Source: Desulfobacterales bacterium (GTDB taxonomy: Bacteria > Desulfobacterota > Desulfobacteria > Desulfobacterales > SpSt-501). Taken from it: a DNA stretch of 64,000 nt. The stretch spans positions 10,321-74,320 of the forward strand of contig JBGSTS010000282.1 of NCBI GenBank assembly GCA_041736435.1, in the 5' to 3' direction. The translations under genes were made by a program, and so were the position numbers. The notes under the pieces were generated by a model, which saw only the letters and a program-made list of their open reading frames with translations, had not been told where the DNA came from and did no database searches. Below, in pieces: positions 1-8,455 of this stretch; positions within the stretch are counted from its first letter, which is position 1, and every line of letters begins with the position of its first letter.

Positions 1-1100
1 ATCGTGAGCGCCGTCACGATCTCCGCGGCCGAGAGGTTCATGTAGATCGCCGCCAGCGCCGCGACCAGCGGGATGGACTCCGAAAAACAACTGCCCGGGT
101 TGAAATCGGTGGCCAGCGCGACCGCACAGCCGGCATCGATCATGAAGCGGCCCCGGGCATACGGTTCCCTGAGGCTGAAAGCGGTCACCGGAAGAAGTGT
201 CGCTATCACTCCGGCCACGGACATGGCGTTCAGGCCCGCGTCCGATGCCTGCAGGAGGTGGTCGGCCGACACCGCCCCGATCTCGGCCGCGAGTTCGGCT
301 CCCCCGAGAGACACGATCTCATCGGCATGGAGCTTCGATTTCAAACCCGATTCGGCGGCCGCTGTCAACAACCGCCGGGACTGCTCGACAGAGAAGACGT
401 TTTTCTCGCAGAAGACATCGCAGAAGTGGGCAAGGCGCCGGGATGCGACCTCGGGCACCACCTCTTCCAGCAAAAAATCGATGTAGGCATCCTCCCGGCC
501 CTTGTGAGTGGGCGGGACCGCATGCGCACCCATGAAAGTGGGCACGACATCCAGGGGGTGCAGTCGATTGAGGTCGGCCATGACCTCCAACTGCTTGATC
601 TCGGTCTTGCGGTCCAGGCCGTAGCCGCTTTTGCCCTCCACCGTGGTGACACCGAAGGCGAGCATGGAGTCGAGCCGCTTCAACCCCAGTGCCGTCAGCT
701 CCTCCCGGGAGGCACTGTGCGTGGCGGCCACGGTGCTGAGAATGCCGCCGCCGCGCTGCAAGATATCCATGTAGCTGTCGCCATTGAGCCTCCAGCCATA
801 CTCCTCCGCGCGGTAGCCGCCGAAGACCAGGTGGGTGTGGGAGTCGACGAAGCCGGGCAGCACGGCTTTGCCCGAAGCGTCGATCGTATCGAAGGCCGCA
901 AGTTTTTCGCCCGATGTCGTGAGCGCCTTCAGGATCTCGGCCGTTGTGCCGGCCCTGGAAATCCGCCCCTGCTCGATCACCACCGCCCCGTCGGGGATGA
1001 TGCCGAGCTCCGACATCTGTGCGCCCCGCTTCGCCGCAAACCCGCTGCAGGTAACGAGCTCGGCGGCATTCTTGATAAGGAGCTTGCCCATCATGCCCAT
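1..1100 (-). CDS. hutI: imidazolonepropionase (HutI); 3' end runs off the left edge of the window
   Basis: Absent from the ORF track because no stop lies inside the window. Hand translation of the reverse strand from ATG 1100-1098 gives MGMMGKLLIKNAAELVTC...PGFVDSHTHLVFGGYRAEEY...KLHADE...ATDFNPGS. The HxH metal site and overall pattern fit amidohydrolase-type HutI. It lies directly downstream of hutU and the formiminotransferase gene on the same strand. Confidence 0.85.
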   Translation of the reverse strand, partial: MGMMGKLLIKNAAELVTCSGFAAKRGAQMSELGIIPDGAVVIEQGRISRAGTTAEILKALTTSGEKLAAFDTIDASGKAVLPGFVDSHTHLVFGGYRAEEYGWRLNGDSYMDILQRGGGILSTVAATHSASREELTALGLKRLDSMLAFGVTTVEGKSGYGLDRKTEIKQLEVMADLNRLHPLDVVPTFMGAHAVPPTHKGREDAYIDFLLEEVVPEVASRRLAHFCDVFCEKNVFSVEQSRRLLTAAAESGLKSKLHADEIVSLGGAELAAEIGAVSADHLLQASDAGLNAMSVAGVIATLLPVTAFSLREPYARGRFMIDAGCAVALATDFNPGSCFSESIPLVAALAAIYMNLSAAEIVTALT

Positions 1101-1110
1101 CCCTTAACTA

Positions 1111-1136
1111 TCCAGAATCTATTCATAGATTCTGGA
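1111..1136. repeat. perfect 12-nt inverted repeat (TCCAGAATCTAT tc ATAGATTCTGGA) across the formiminotransferase stop codon
   Basis: Read directly. The arms are 1111-1122 and 1125-1136. On the minus-strand mRNA the hairpin ends about 10 nt before the AAGGGA SD-like element of hutI. Confidence 0.6.
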
Positions 1137-2015
1137 TTCAAGGACCTGCTCCGGCGCAAAGTGTTCAAGCCCGAGGTAGTAGGCGGCGGTGTCGACCAGA
1201 GCCGCCAAGGGAACCAACCCCACTATTTCGCTGCCGACCACCGGCACCCCCCAGCGCCGGGCCTCCACCCGCACCAACTCAAAGGCGCGGTAAACTGCGG
1301 TGCGTGTGAAGTCGGTCAGATTCATCGATACCTGCACCATGCCGCGCTGTCTCAGCTCGACCCCGATCGCCTTGCAGTAGCGCAAGCCGCCGCTCAGGTG
1401 GCGCACGTTGCGGGCGATGTCCTCAGCGATGTCCAGGCGGGAAGTTCCAAGGTTGACATTGTAGGCGACCAAGGCCATGCGAGCACCGACCGCCGTGATA
1501 CCGGCGGACGGGTGAACTTCCGGCGGTCCGAAATCAGGCTTCCACTCCGGCTCCTTGAGCTTGGCCGGCATGCCTTCGAACTGGCCCTTGCGGATCTCCG
1601 CCAGGTTCCTGCGGTGTGGGGCCGATGCCGACTCCTCATATAAAAAAACAGGAAGCTTCAATTTTTCCGCTACGACGGCGGCGACCTCCCGTGACAGCTC
1701 GACGGCTTCTCCCATCGTCACGTTCCGGATCGGAATGAACGGCACCACATCCACCGCCCCCATGCGCGGGTGCTGGCCGCGGTGTTCCCGCAGGTCGATC
1801 ACCGCCACCGCCGCAGTCATGGCCTCGAGGAGGGCGGCCTTGAGGGCTTCCGGCTCTCCCACCACCGTCACCACCAGCCGGTTATGGTCCTCATCGCGGT
1901 GATAGTCGAGCAGCTTGACGCCCTGTCTGCCCCGAAAGGGCTGGACGATTTTTTCGATACGATCCGAATGACGACCTTCGCTGAAGTTGGGTACGCACTC
2001 GAGGATCTGCTTCAT
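1119..2015 (-). CDS. glutamate formiminotransferase (FT domain only, no cyclodeaminase domain)
   Basis: The 298-aa ORF starts MKQILECVPNFSEGR, the typical N-terminus of formiminotransferases. Its ATG overlaps the hutU stop (ATGA at 2012-2015). Confidence 0.85.
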   Translation of the reverse strand: MKQILECVPNFSEGRHSDRIEKIVQPFRGRQGVKLLDYHRDEDHNRLVVTVVGEPEALKAALLEAMTAAVAVIDLREHRGQHPRMGAVDVVPFIPIRNVTMGEAVELSREVAAVVAEKLKLPVFLYEESASAPHRRNLAEIRKGQFEGMPAKLKEPEWKPDFGPPEVHPSAGITAVGARMALVAYNVNLGTSRLDIAEDIARNVRHLSGGLRYCKAIGVELRQRGMVQVSMNLTDFTRTAVYRAFELVRVEARRWGVPVVGSEIVGLVPLAALVDTAAYYLGLEHFAPEQVLESRIYE

Positions 2016-4063
2016 CTGCTCTTCTCCATTCTGTCAAATCCTTCTGCGACCAGCTGTTCCACCCTGCCCGTGTCGGTCAGATACGGCAGGCTGATGTGGT
2101 CCGAACCCGGCCGCGACGCGTTGTACTGGATGCAGGTCTCGAGAGCGTGCTCGTTGCGGGCCCAGGCGCGGCGGGCGACCCCGCCCATCACGTCCCAGGG
2201 GATGGCACGGCGGATGATCGCATCGACCCGCTCGCTGCCATCCAGCACCAAACCAAAGCCCCCGTTGACGGCCTTGCCGATGCCGACCCCGCCGCCGTTG
2301 TGCAGCGCCACCAGGCTCATACCGCGGGCGGCGTTCCCGGCGAAGCACTGCACGGCCATGTCGGCCATGATGTTGCTGCCGTCGCGGATGTTGGCGGTCT
2401 CGCGGAACGGCGAATCCGTGCCGCCGGTGTCGTGGTGGTCGCGGCCGAGCATCACCGGGCCGATCTCTTCGGTGCGCACCATCTCGTTGAATTTGAGGGC
2501 GATTTTCATCCGGCCCACGGCGTCCTGATAAAGGATGCGGGCCCGCGTGCCGACCACGAGCTTGTTTTTGGCGGCGTCCCGGATCCAGATGAAATTGTCG
2601 CGGTCCTGGAAGCGACGCTCGGGGTCGATGCACGCCATGGCCGCCCGGTCGGTCCGGTCCAGATCCTCGTCCCGGCCGCTCAGGCAAACCCAGCGGAACG
2701 GTCCGTAGCCGTAGTCAAAGAGGAGCGGCCCCATGATGTCCTCGACATACGACTGGAAGATGAAACCGTCGAGCGGGTTCTCGCCGTTCTTGCAGATCTC
2801 CTTGACGCCGGCATCGTAAACCGCGTTGAGAAAACTGTTGCCGTAATCGAAGAAATAGGCTCCGCGCTCGGAGAGGGTTTTGACGAGCGCGCAGTGACGA
2901 CGCAGGCTTGCGTCCACCCGTTTTCTGAAGCTGGGGTCCCCGGTGCGCAGCATCTCCGTGCGCTCCGCAAAGCTGACCCCCTGGGGGCAGTAGCCGCCCT
3001 CGTAAACGGCGTGGCACGAGGTCTGGTCCGAAAGCAGGTCGATCGCGGCATCATGGCGGACCGCATACTCCAACAGGTCGACCACATTGCCATGGAAAGC
3101 GATGGCCCTGCTCCGGCGTTGGCGCTGGCAGTCGGCCGCAGCGCTGAAGGCCTCAGCCGGGTTGTCCGTCATTTGATCGATCCAACCCTGGTCCAGTCGG
3201 GTTTTGATGCGCGAGGTGTCCACCTCGGCGATGATGCCCACCCCGTTGGCGATAACCACGGCCTTGCCCTGGGCCCCGCTCATGCCGCCCAGGCCCGAGG
3301 TCACGAACAGCCGCCCAGCAAGGTCCTGGTCCGCCGGGATCCCGAGTTTGGCGCGGCCGGCGTTCAGGAGAGTGCTGTAGGTGCCGTGGACGATGCCCTG
3401 GGGTCCGATGTACATCCAACCGCCGGCGGTCATCTGCCCGTAGTTGGCAACCCCCAGGGCCATGGCGCGGTGCCAGTTGTCCTGATCGTCGAAACAGCCC
3501 ACCATCATGGCGTTGGTGATGATCACCCGCGGCGCCTCCGGCGAGGAGGCAAAGAGCCCCAGCGGGTGGCCCGAGGCCACCACCAGCGTCTGCTCCCGGG
3601 TGAGCACTTCGAGGTAGCGCTGGATCAACCGGTACTGCATCCAGTTCTGACAGACCTGTCCTGTTTCGCCGTAAGTGACCAGCTCATAGGGATAGAGCGC
3701 CACGTCGAAGTCCAGGTTGTTGTCGATCATCACCTGGAACGCCTTGCCCTCGATGCAGCGGCCCTCGTAAGTGTCTATGGGGCGGCCCTTGATCGGCCCC
3801 GGCGGCCGAAACCGATACCCATAAACACGACCGGTGGTCATCAACTCCTCGAGAAACTCCGGGGCCAATTGCGGATGCCACTTTTCGGGAATGTAGCGCA
3901 GGGCATTCTTCAGCGCGAGCTCGGTGTCTTTCCGGGACAAGTCGAAATGCCGCGCAGGCGCGCGGCGAACGCCGGCAACGAAAGGTGTCAAGAGGGGAAG
4001 CTCCGGGAGAATGGCGTCCAGGCAAATCCGGTTGGATCCGGAAATATCCGCATTTGTGATCAT
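2012..4063 (-). CDS. hutU: urocanate hydratase (long form)
   Basis: ORF 2012..4102 carries urocanase-type motifs (GLGGMSGAQGKA, TSCHAVYEGGY). I prefer the start at ATG 4063 (MITNADISG), which is preceded by AGAGG. The 4102 start would add 13 residues. Confidence 0.9.
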   Translation of the reverse strand: MITNADISGSNRICLDAILPELPLLTPFVAGVRRAPARHFDLSRKDTELALKNALRYIPEKWHPQLAPEFLEELMTTGRVYGYRFRPPGPIKGRPIDTYEGRCIEGKAFQVMIDNNLDFDVALYPYELVTYGETGQVCQNWMQYRLIQRYLEVLTREQTLVVASGHPLGLFASSPEAPRVIITNAMMVGCFDDQDNWHRAMALGVANYGQMTAGGWMYIGPQGIVHGTYSTLLNAGRAKLGIPADQDLAGRLFVTSGLGGMSGAQGKAVVIANGVGIIAEVDTSRIKTRLDQGWIDQMTDNPAEAFSAAADCQRQRRSRAIAFHGNVVDLLEYAVRHDAAIDLLSDQTSCHAVYEGGYCPQGVSFAERTEMLRTGDPSFRKRVDASLRRHCALVKTLSERGAYFFDYGNSFLNAVYDAGVKEICKNGENPLDGFIFQSYVEDIMGPLLFDYGYGPFRWVCLSGRDEDLDRTDRAAMACIDPERRFQDRDNFIWIRDAAKNKLVVGTRARILYQDAVGRMKIALKFNEMVRTEEIGPVMLGRDHHDTGGTDSPFRETANIRDGSNIMADMAVQCFAGNAARGMSLVALHNGGGVGIGKAVNGGFGLVLDGSERVDAIIRRAIPWDVMGGVARRAWARNEHALETCIQYNASRPGSDHISLPYLTDTGRVEQLVAEGFDRMEKSR

Positions 4064-4162
4064 GCTGCACCTCTGACCCGTCGTGTCCGATGGAATCCGC
4101 AATTCAAGGTAAGACCGACGCCCTGTGGCGTGATTTTGATCGAATGGCTAAGGATGAACCAT

Positions 4163-4212
4163 AAACAAAAAAAGGGAGAACCTCAAGCCGATCATCGGCC
4201 CTGGCCCTCCCT
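4163..4212 (-). terminator. intrinsic terminator downstream of the small lysine-rich gene
   Basis: On the minus strand, AGGGAGGGCC...GGTTCTCCCT forms an outer stem (6 WC + 2 GU + 2 WC pairs). An inner 5-bp stem is GCCGA/TCGGC. The hairpin is followed by TTTTTTTGTTT (complement of 4163-4173). Confidence 0.55.
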
Positions 4213-4245
4213 TGTTGCGGGGTCGCCGCAAAAAACAGCAGGACG

Positions 4246-4413
4246 CTATTTTTTCTTGGCGGCTGTCTTTTTGGCAGCTGGCTTTTTGGCGGCGGGTTTT
4301 TTTGCGGCCGCCTTCTTGACAGTGGCCTTCGCCTTGGGGGCAGCCTTTTTCACAGCCTTTTTCACAGCCACTTTTTTCGTGGTCTTTTTCACAGCCTTTT
4401 TTACCGTTGCCAT
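4246..4413 (-). CDS. 55-aa lysine/alanine-rich basic protein (histone H1-like / Hc-like nucleoid protein candidate)
   Basis: Below the ORF-track size cutoff; hand translation gives MATVKKAVKKTTKKVAVKKAVKKAAPKAKATVKKAAAKKPAAKKPAAKKTAAKKK*. It has 23 Lys, 17 Ala and no acidic residue. SD GAGGAGG sits 5 nt upstream of the ATG (4419-4425) and a terminator follows at 4163-4212. Confidence 0.6.
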   Translation of the reverse strand: MATVKKAVKKTTKKVAVKKAVKKAAPKAKATVKKAAAKKPAAKKPAAKKTAAKKK

Positions 4414-4520
4414 CGCGTCCTCCTCTTTTTGGGATTGGGCGGCAAAACCTTTGATCTCGTCAAAAGGCTCGTCCGCCTGTTGGTTGTATTAGAAAATACT
4501 ATACCCTACTACATATAGAG

Positions 4521-4550
4521 ATGCAAATGTTTTTTTGCAAATTTGCAAAT
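4521..4550. promoter_or_regulatory. candidate operator: ATGCAAAT-N6-TTGCAAAT-TTGCAAAT in the divergent hut control region
   Basis: Read directly. The tandem octamers are at 4535-4542 and 4543-4550, with a third near-copy at 4521-4528. ATTTGCAAAT (4541-4550) is a perfect 10-bp palindrome. The site is AT-rich, about 145 nt upstream of hutH and about 110 nt upstream of the small basic gene. Confidence 0.35.
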
Positions 4551-4694
4551 TGATGATCCGACCCGGATGAGACCGGCCCTGGACTTTTCCAAAGTGGCGG
4601 CACCCGGTTCCCGGTTGGATACGACTTTACTTCCCGACACGGGGATTCTAAGATCCGATCAACCAACACTTGCGGTCAAAGGAGACATCGGCCC

Positions 4695-6224
4695 ATGCGA
4701 ACCATACTCCTCGACGCCGACGGGCTGACCATTGAAGAACTTGCGATGGTAGCGCGCGAGAATGCAACGCTCCGGTTGAGCGATTCAGCCCGGGCCCGAA
4801 TTGAAGCAGCGCGCTCGCTTGTCGACCGGTGGGTGCGGGAGGAGCGGCGGATCTACGGAGTCACCACCGGATTCGGCGCCTTGAGCGATGTCGCCATCTC
4901 GGGCAAAGACACCCGGCGTCTTCAGGAAAATATTCTCATGAGCCATGCTGCCGGCGTGGGGCGTCCTTTGGACCCCGAAATTGTGCGGGCCACCATGACC
5001 CTGCGGGTCAAGGATTTCGCTCGGGGTCACTCCGGCATCCGCCTGGAAACCGCCCAGCAGCTCATCGAACTTCTGAACCGCGGCGTCGTTCCGGTCATTC
5101 CGGAGAAAGGTTCCGTCGGTGCCAGTGGTGACTTGGCGCCGCTGGCCCACTTGGCGCTGGTGCTTTTGGGAAAAGGCGAAGCCAATTTCAACGGACAAAA
5201 AATGAGCGGAGCCGAAGCGTTGCAGGCCTGTGACCTCGAGCCGATTCAGCTGCAATCGGCCGAGGGGCTCGCACTGGTCAACGGCACCCAGGTCATGACA
5301 GCCATCGGCGCCTTGGCGGTCCATGACGCCCGGCGCCTTTGCCGGCTGACCGACATTGCGGCGGCTATGACGCTCGAGGTCTTGATGGGCAGCCGCACCG
5401 AGTTCAACCCCAAAATCCACCAGGTGCGGCCGCACCCCGGACAGATGGCCGCCGCCGCCAATATGGAACGCATCACCCACGCCAGCGAGATCATCTCCTC
5501 TCACAGCGACTGCTCCCGCATTCAGGACGCCTACACCTTGCGCTGTTCTCCCCAAGTGCACGGGGCCACCAAGGACGCCGTTGCCTATTGCCGGCAAGTC
5601 GTCGAAACTGAAATGAACGCCGCCACCAACAACCCGCTGATTTTCGCGGAATCCGAAGAGTTCCTGCTGGGCGGAAATTTCCACGGCCAACCCGTTGCGC
5701 TCGCCCTTGACTTTCTCGGCATGGCCGCGGCCGAGTTGGCCAACATCTCCGAGCGCAGGATCGAACGTCTGGTCAACCCGATGCTAAGCGGGCTGCCTGC
5801 TTTTTTGGTGAGCGACGGCGGGCTCAACTCGGGGTTCATGATCGCCCAGTACACGGCGGCCTCTCTGGTTTCCGAAAACAAAGTCCTGGCCCACCCGGCC
5901 AGTGTCGACTCGATCCCGACGTCCGCCAACAAGGAGGATCACGTCTCCATGGGCACCATCGCCGCTCGCAAGTGTCGGGAGATCGTGGCCAACACCGAAA
6001 ACGTGATCGCCATCGAGCTGCTCTGTGCGGCCCAGGCCCTGGACCTCTTCACCAACCTGAAACCCGGCGAGGGCACGCTGGCCGCCTACCAGGCCATCCG
6101 CCGGGTGATACCTCACCTCGACGTCGACCGGTTCCTTGCAGCCGATATTGCCGCGATGAGAGCTCTCCTGCGCGAGGGAACCATCTTGGCTGCGGTGGAA
6201 TCAAAAGTGGGGGAGTTGTTCTAA
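4695..6224 (+). CDS. hutH: histidine ammonia-lyase
   Basis: The 509-aa ORF contains GSVGASGDLAPLAH, the Ala-Ser-Gly triad that forms the MIO cofactor in HAL/PAL enzymes. Confidence 0.95.
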   Translation: MRTILLDADGLTIEELAMVARENATLRLSDSARARIEAARSLVDRWVREERRIYGVTTGFGALSDVAISGKDTRRLQENILMSHAAGVGRPLDPEIVRATMTLRVKDFARGHSGIRLETAQQLIELLNRGVVPVIPEKGSVGASGDLAPLAHLALVLLGKGEANFNGQKMSGAEALQACDLEPIQLQSAEGLALVNGTQVMTAIGALAVHDARRLCRLTDIAAAMTLEVLMGSRTEFNPKIHQVRPHPGQMAAAANMERITHASEIISSHSDCSRIQDAYTLRCSPQVHGATKDAVAYCRQVVETEMNAATNNPLIFAESEEFLLGGNFHGQPVALALDFLGMAAAELANISERRIERLVNPMLSGLPAFLVSDGGLNSGFMIAQYTAASLVSENKVLAHPASVDSIPTSANKEDHVSMGTIAARKCREIVANTENVIAIELLCAAQALDLFTNLKPGEGTLAAYQAIRRVIPHLDVDRFLAADIAAMRALLREGTILAAVESKVGELF

Positions 6225-6505
6225 TCGGAACCCGCACCTCCCACCACGCTCCGTAAAAACTCTGGAAAAGGTTGACACACTCCACTGATATCGTTTACAC
6301 ATAGGTGTGCATTCGCATTCTCAAGTTGTTTCCGTGCAAGGCCCGGTAAATCAGGCCAACCCTTCAAGAAATCACTGAAACTCGACAAACCGCTTCAGAG
6401 TGCACACTTTTTGCTTGTAATCAGTTGAAAACTTGGCCGCGAGATGTCGTTCAACGCCGTCGACCCAGGGGGTGGGGCGGGGGTGTTATAAAGGAGGTAA
6501 ACGTT

Positions 6506-7171
6506 ATGTCCTACATAGAGGATGAGCCGCCCTGGAGAGGGCGGCTGAAAAAATTGATGAGGTTGCTCTTTGCTGTGGCGCTGGGAGTAATGGTCTCCAT
6601 TGCCGATATCAGGCTGTCGGCAGAAAACGACGAGAAGGAGGGCGATGCCGCTAAAATACAACTGCCGGGGCAAACCGCCGCTTTCGCCAGCTTTTTAAAA
6701 TCAACAGAAGACCATGCCCGATCCGCAGATCTTTCCAACACCTTTTTTGTGCCCTCAGGAGAACCGGATGTCGACCCCTATCATCTGCTCATCCACGAGG
6801 CTGCCGGCCGTTACGACGTGGAGTACGACCTGATCCGGGCGGTCATCATGGTGGAATCCGAGTTCAATCCTCGCGCGGTGTCCCGTCGGGGCGCGCGCGG
6901 GCTGATGCAGCTCATGCCCGTCACCGCTAGCGAACTTGATGTCAAGAATCTCTACGACCCGGTCGAAAACATCGACGCGGGGGTCCGCTATATCAAATTG
7001 CTTCTGGATCGTTTTGACGGCGACGTGGAACTGGCTCTGGCCGCGTACAACGCTGGTCCCGGCAACGTTTTGCGCTACGACGGGATCCCCCCTTACAAGG
7101 AGACGCAGGCATTTGTCGCCAAGGTTCTGAGGTTTTACGGGGCGATTCGAGCTGATTCCGTAGAGTTCTGA
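6506..7171 (+). CDS. lytic murein transglycosylase (SLT domain), membrane anchored
   Basis: SLT motifs [23 protein letters not shown] and AYNAGPGNV are present. I prefer ATG 6506, preceded by AGGAGG (6492-6497), over the track's TTG 6425. Confidence 0.85.
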   Translation: MSYIEDEPPWRGRLKKLMRLLFAVALGVMVSIADIRLSAENDEKEGDAAKIQLPGQTAAFASFLKSTEDHARSADLSNTFFVPSGEPDVDPYHLLIHEAAGRYDVEYDLIRAVIMVESEFNPRAVSRRGARGLMQLMPVTASELDVKNLYDPVENIDAGVRYIKLLLDRFDGDVELALAAYNAGPGNVLRYDGIPPYKETQAFVAKVLRFYGAIRADSVEF

Positions 7172-7218
7172 GGTGCAGACCTGCGGCCGGTGTAAAACAG
7201 CAACGGCACACTTTATCC

Positions 7219-7248
7219 AGAGCGTCCCGGCGGGGACGCTCTTTTTTT
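7219..7248 (+). terminator. intrinsic terminator after the transglycosylase gene
   Basis: AGAGCGTCCC (7219-7228), loop GGCG, GGGACGCTCT (7233-7242), then TTTTTT. This is a perfect 10-bp stem. Confidence 0.8.
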
Positions 7249-7256
7249 GCCATCCG

Positions 7257-8207
7257 CTATTCAACCACTACGCGACTGTTGCGGACCAGATGCCGCCCGC
7301 CGATTTTTAGCGCCAGAGGGTCCGCCGACAGGAAGTCCGCACCGGGCTTTTTCCGTTGCGCGTGGATGTGCAGGTGCGGCTCGGTTGAATAACCCGAATT
7401 CCCGACCTTTCCCACGAACTGCCCCTGGCGCAGACGATCCCCAGGCGCCACCACAACGCTGAACTGCATGAGATGCGCCAGCAATATCCCCGCATCGCTG
7501 CACTCCAGGTAGACAAAATTACCGGCCGGGCTCTGCCGATCGACCTGCGGCGGTGTGACGTCGGGTCGGCTGTTTTCGGTGAAGAGCACCTGCCCTTCAC
7601 ATGGCGAGTAGACGGGAGCACCGAAAATCTCGTACCGCCACAACTCCTGGGGCCAAAGCCCACGGGAACGAAGCCCGAAGGAGTTGAGTTTGACGATATC
7701 GAGCGCGTAGCTCTGGCTGCGGTACGCGCGCAGGCTTCCGCGTAAATGGGTCTTCATGTGAGGGTTGATCAAAATCGAATATCCGCCGTTGACCACATAA
7801 AACACGCCGGACTTCATTGGGAACCCAACCTCGGCGGCTCCCCCTGGGGGCGGGATATACCCTATGACGGCCCACGCCAGGCAGGTCGCACAGAATGCAA
7901 ACAGCGCGCCCGGCAACAACAAAGGGAACCGTTCCCGCAGATTTCCGGTGGTTTCCACCCCGGACGCCGTGCGGCGCCAGGCCGCAATGCCTGCTGGGGC
8001 CGCCAGCGCCGCCATCCCGTACAAGGCATACCAGGGCATCAGCAGCGCAATCCCGACCACCCCCATCAGAACAAGATAAGAGGCCAGGGCCAGGGTTTTG
8101 AACAACCACTCGCTGCGGCTTCGGCATCGCCCGCACCAGAGCCACCAGAGCAGGACCATCGGGAGGACAACCTGACCGATGATGGTGACCAGTGCAATGT
8201 CGATCAT
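7257..8207 (-). CDS. M23 (LytM-type) metallopeptidase with N-terminal transmembrane segments
   Basis: The C-terminus has GNSGYSTEPHLHIHAQ (the HxH of M23 peptidases). The N-terminal half is hydrophobic. Confidence 0.8.
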   Translation of the reverse strand: MIDIALVTIIGQVVLPMVLLWWLWCGRCRSRSEWLFKTLALASYLVLMGVVGIALLMPWYALYGMAALAAPAGIAAWRRTASGVETTGNLRERFPLLLPGALFAFCATCLAWAVIGYIPPPGGAAEVGFPMKSGVFYVVNGGYSILINPHMKTHLRGSLRAYRSQSYALDIVKLNSFGLRSRGLWPQELWRYEIFGAPVYSPCEGQVLFTENSRPDVTPPQVDRQSPAGNFVYLECSDAGILLAHLMQFSVVVAPGDRLRQGQFVGKVGNSGYSTEPHLHIHAQRKKPGADFLSADPLALKIGGRHLVRNSRVVVE

Positions 8208-8455
8208 TTTAAAACCCTGCGGCGTCGTTTACGAAGTATTTCTTTCCCGGTAAAGCAGAGACAGATTCGCGCCTCCACGGGTTTCTTTTAAACCTGGAAG
8301 GCGGCAAGGCGCAAGCTTTAGCGTGTGCCGGTTTCAGTCGGCCGCATCCGGTCCGAGCGTTAGCCACGCCGGCTGATCGGCAACTGTTTTTGCAGTGAAT
8401 CCCCTATCGTGCTATAGAGTGGGGCCCCCGAACATACGGGCTGAAAAGAACCGTT

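Noticed and set aside
4214-4230. A TTGCGG-ggtcg-CCGCAA hairpin right after the stop of the small basic gene.
   Set aside because: The stem is only 6 bp. The adjacent homopolymer run is on the wrong side for a terminator on either strand. The larger hairpin at 4173-4212 with a U tract is the better terminator candidate.
2096-4492. Very long ORFs antisense to well-supported genes: 2096-4492(+), 258-1643(+), 21953-23554(+), 41926-43164(-), 56880-58136(-), 55111-56184(-), 8360-9262(-), 28125-29177(-), 30851-31861(-), 49102-50031(-), 60684-61622(-).
   Set aside because: Their translations are Arg/Gly/Pro/His-rich low-complexity strings with no recognisable motifs. In each case the opposite strand encodes a protein with clear family signatures. 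This is typical shadow-ORF behaviour in GC-rich DNA.
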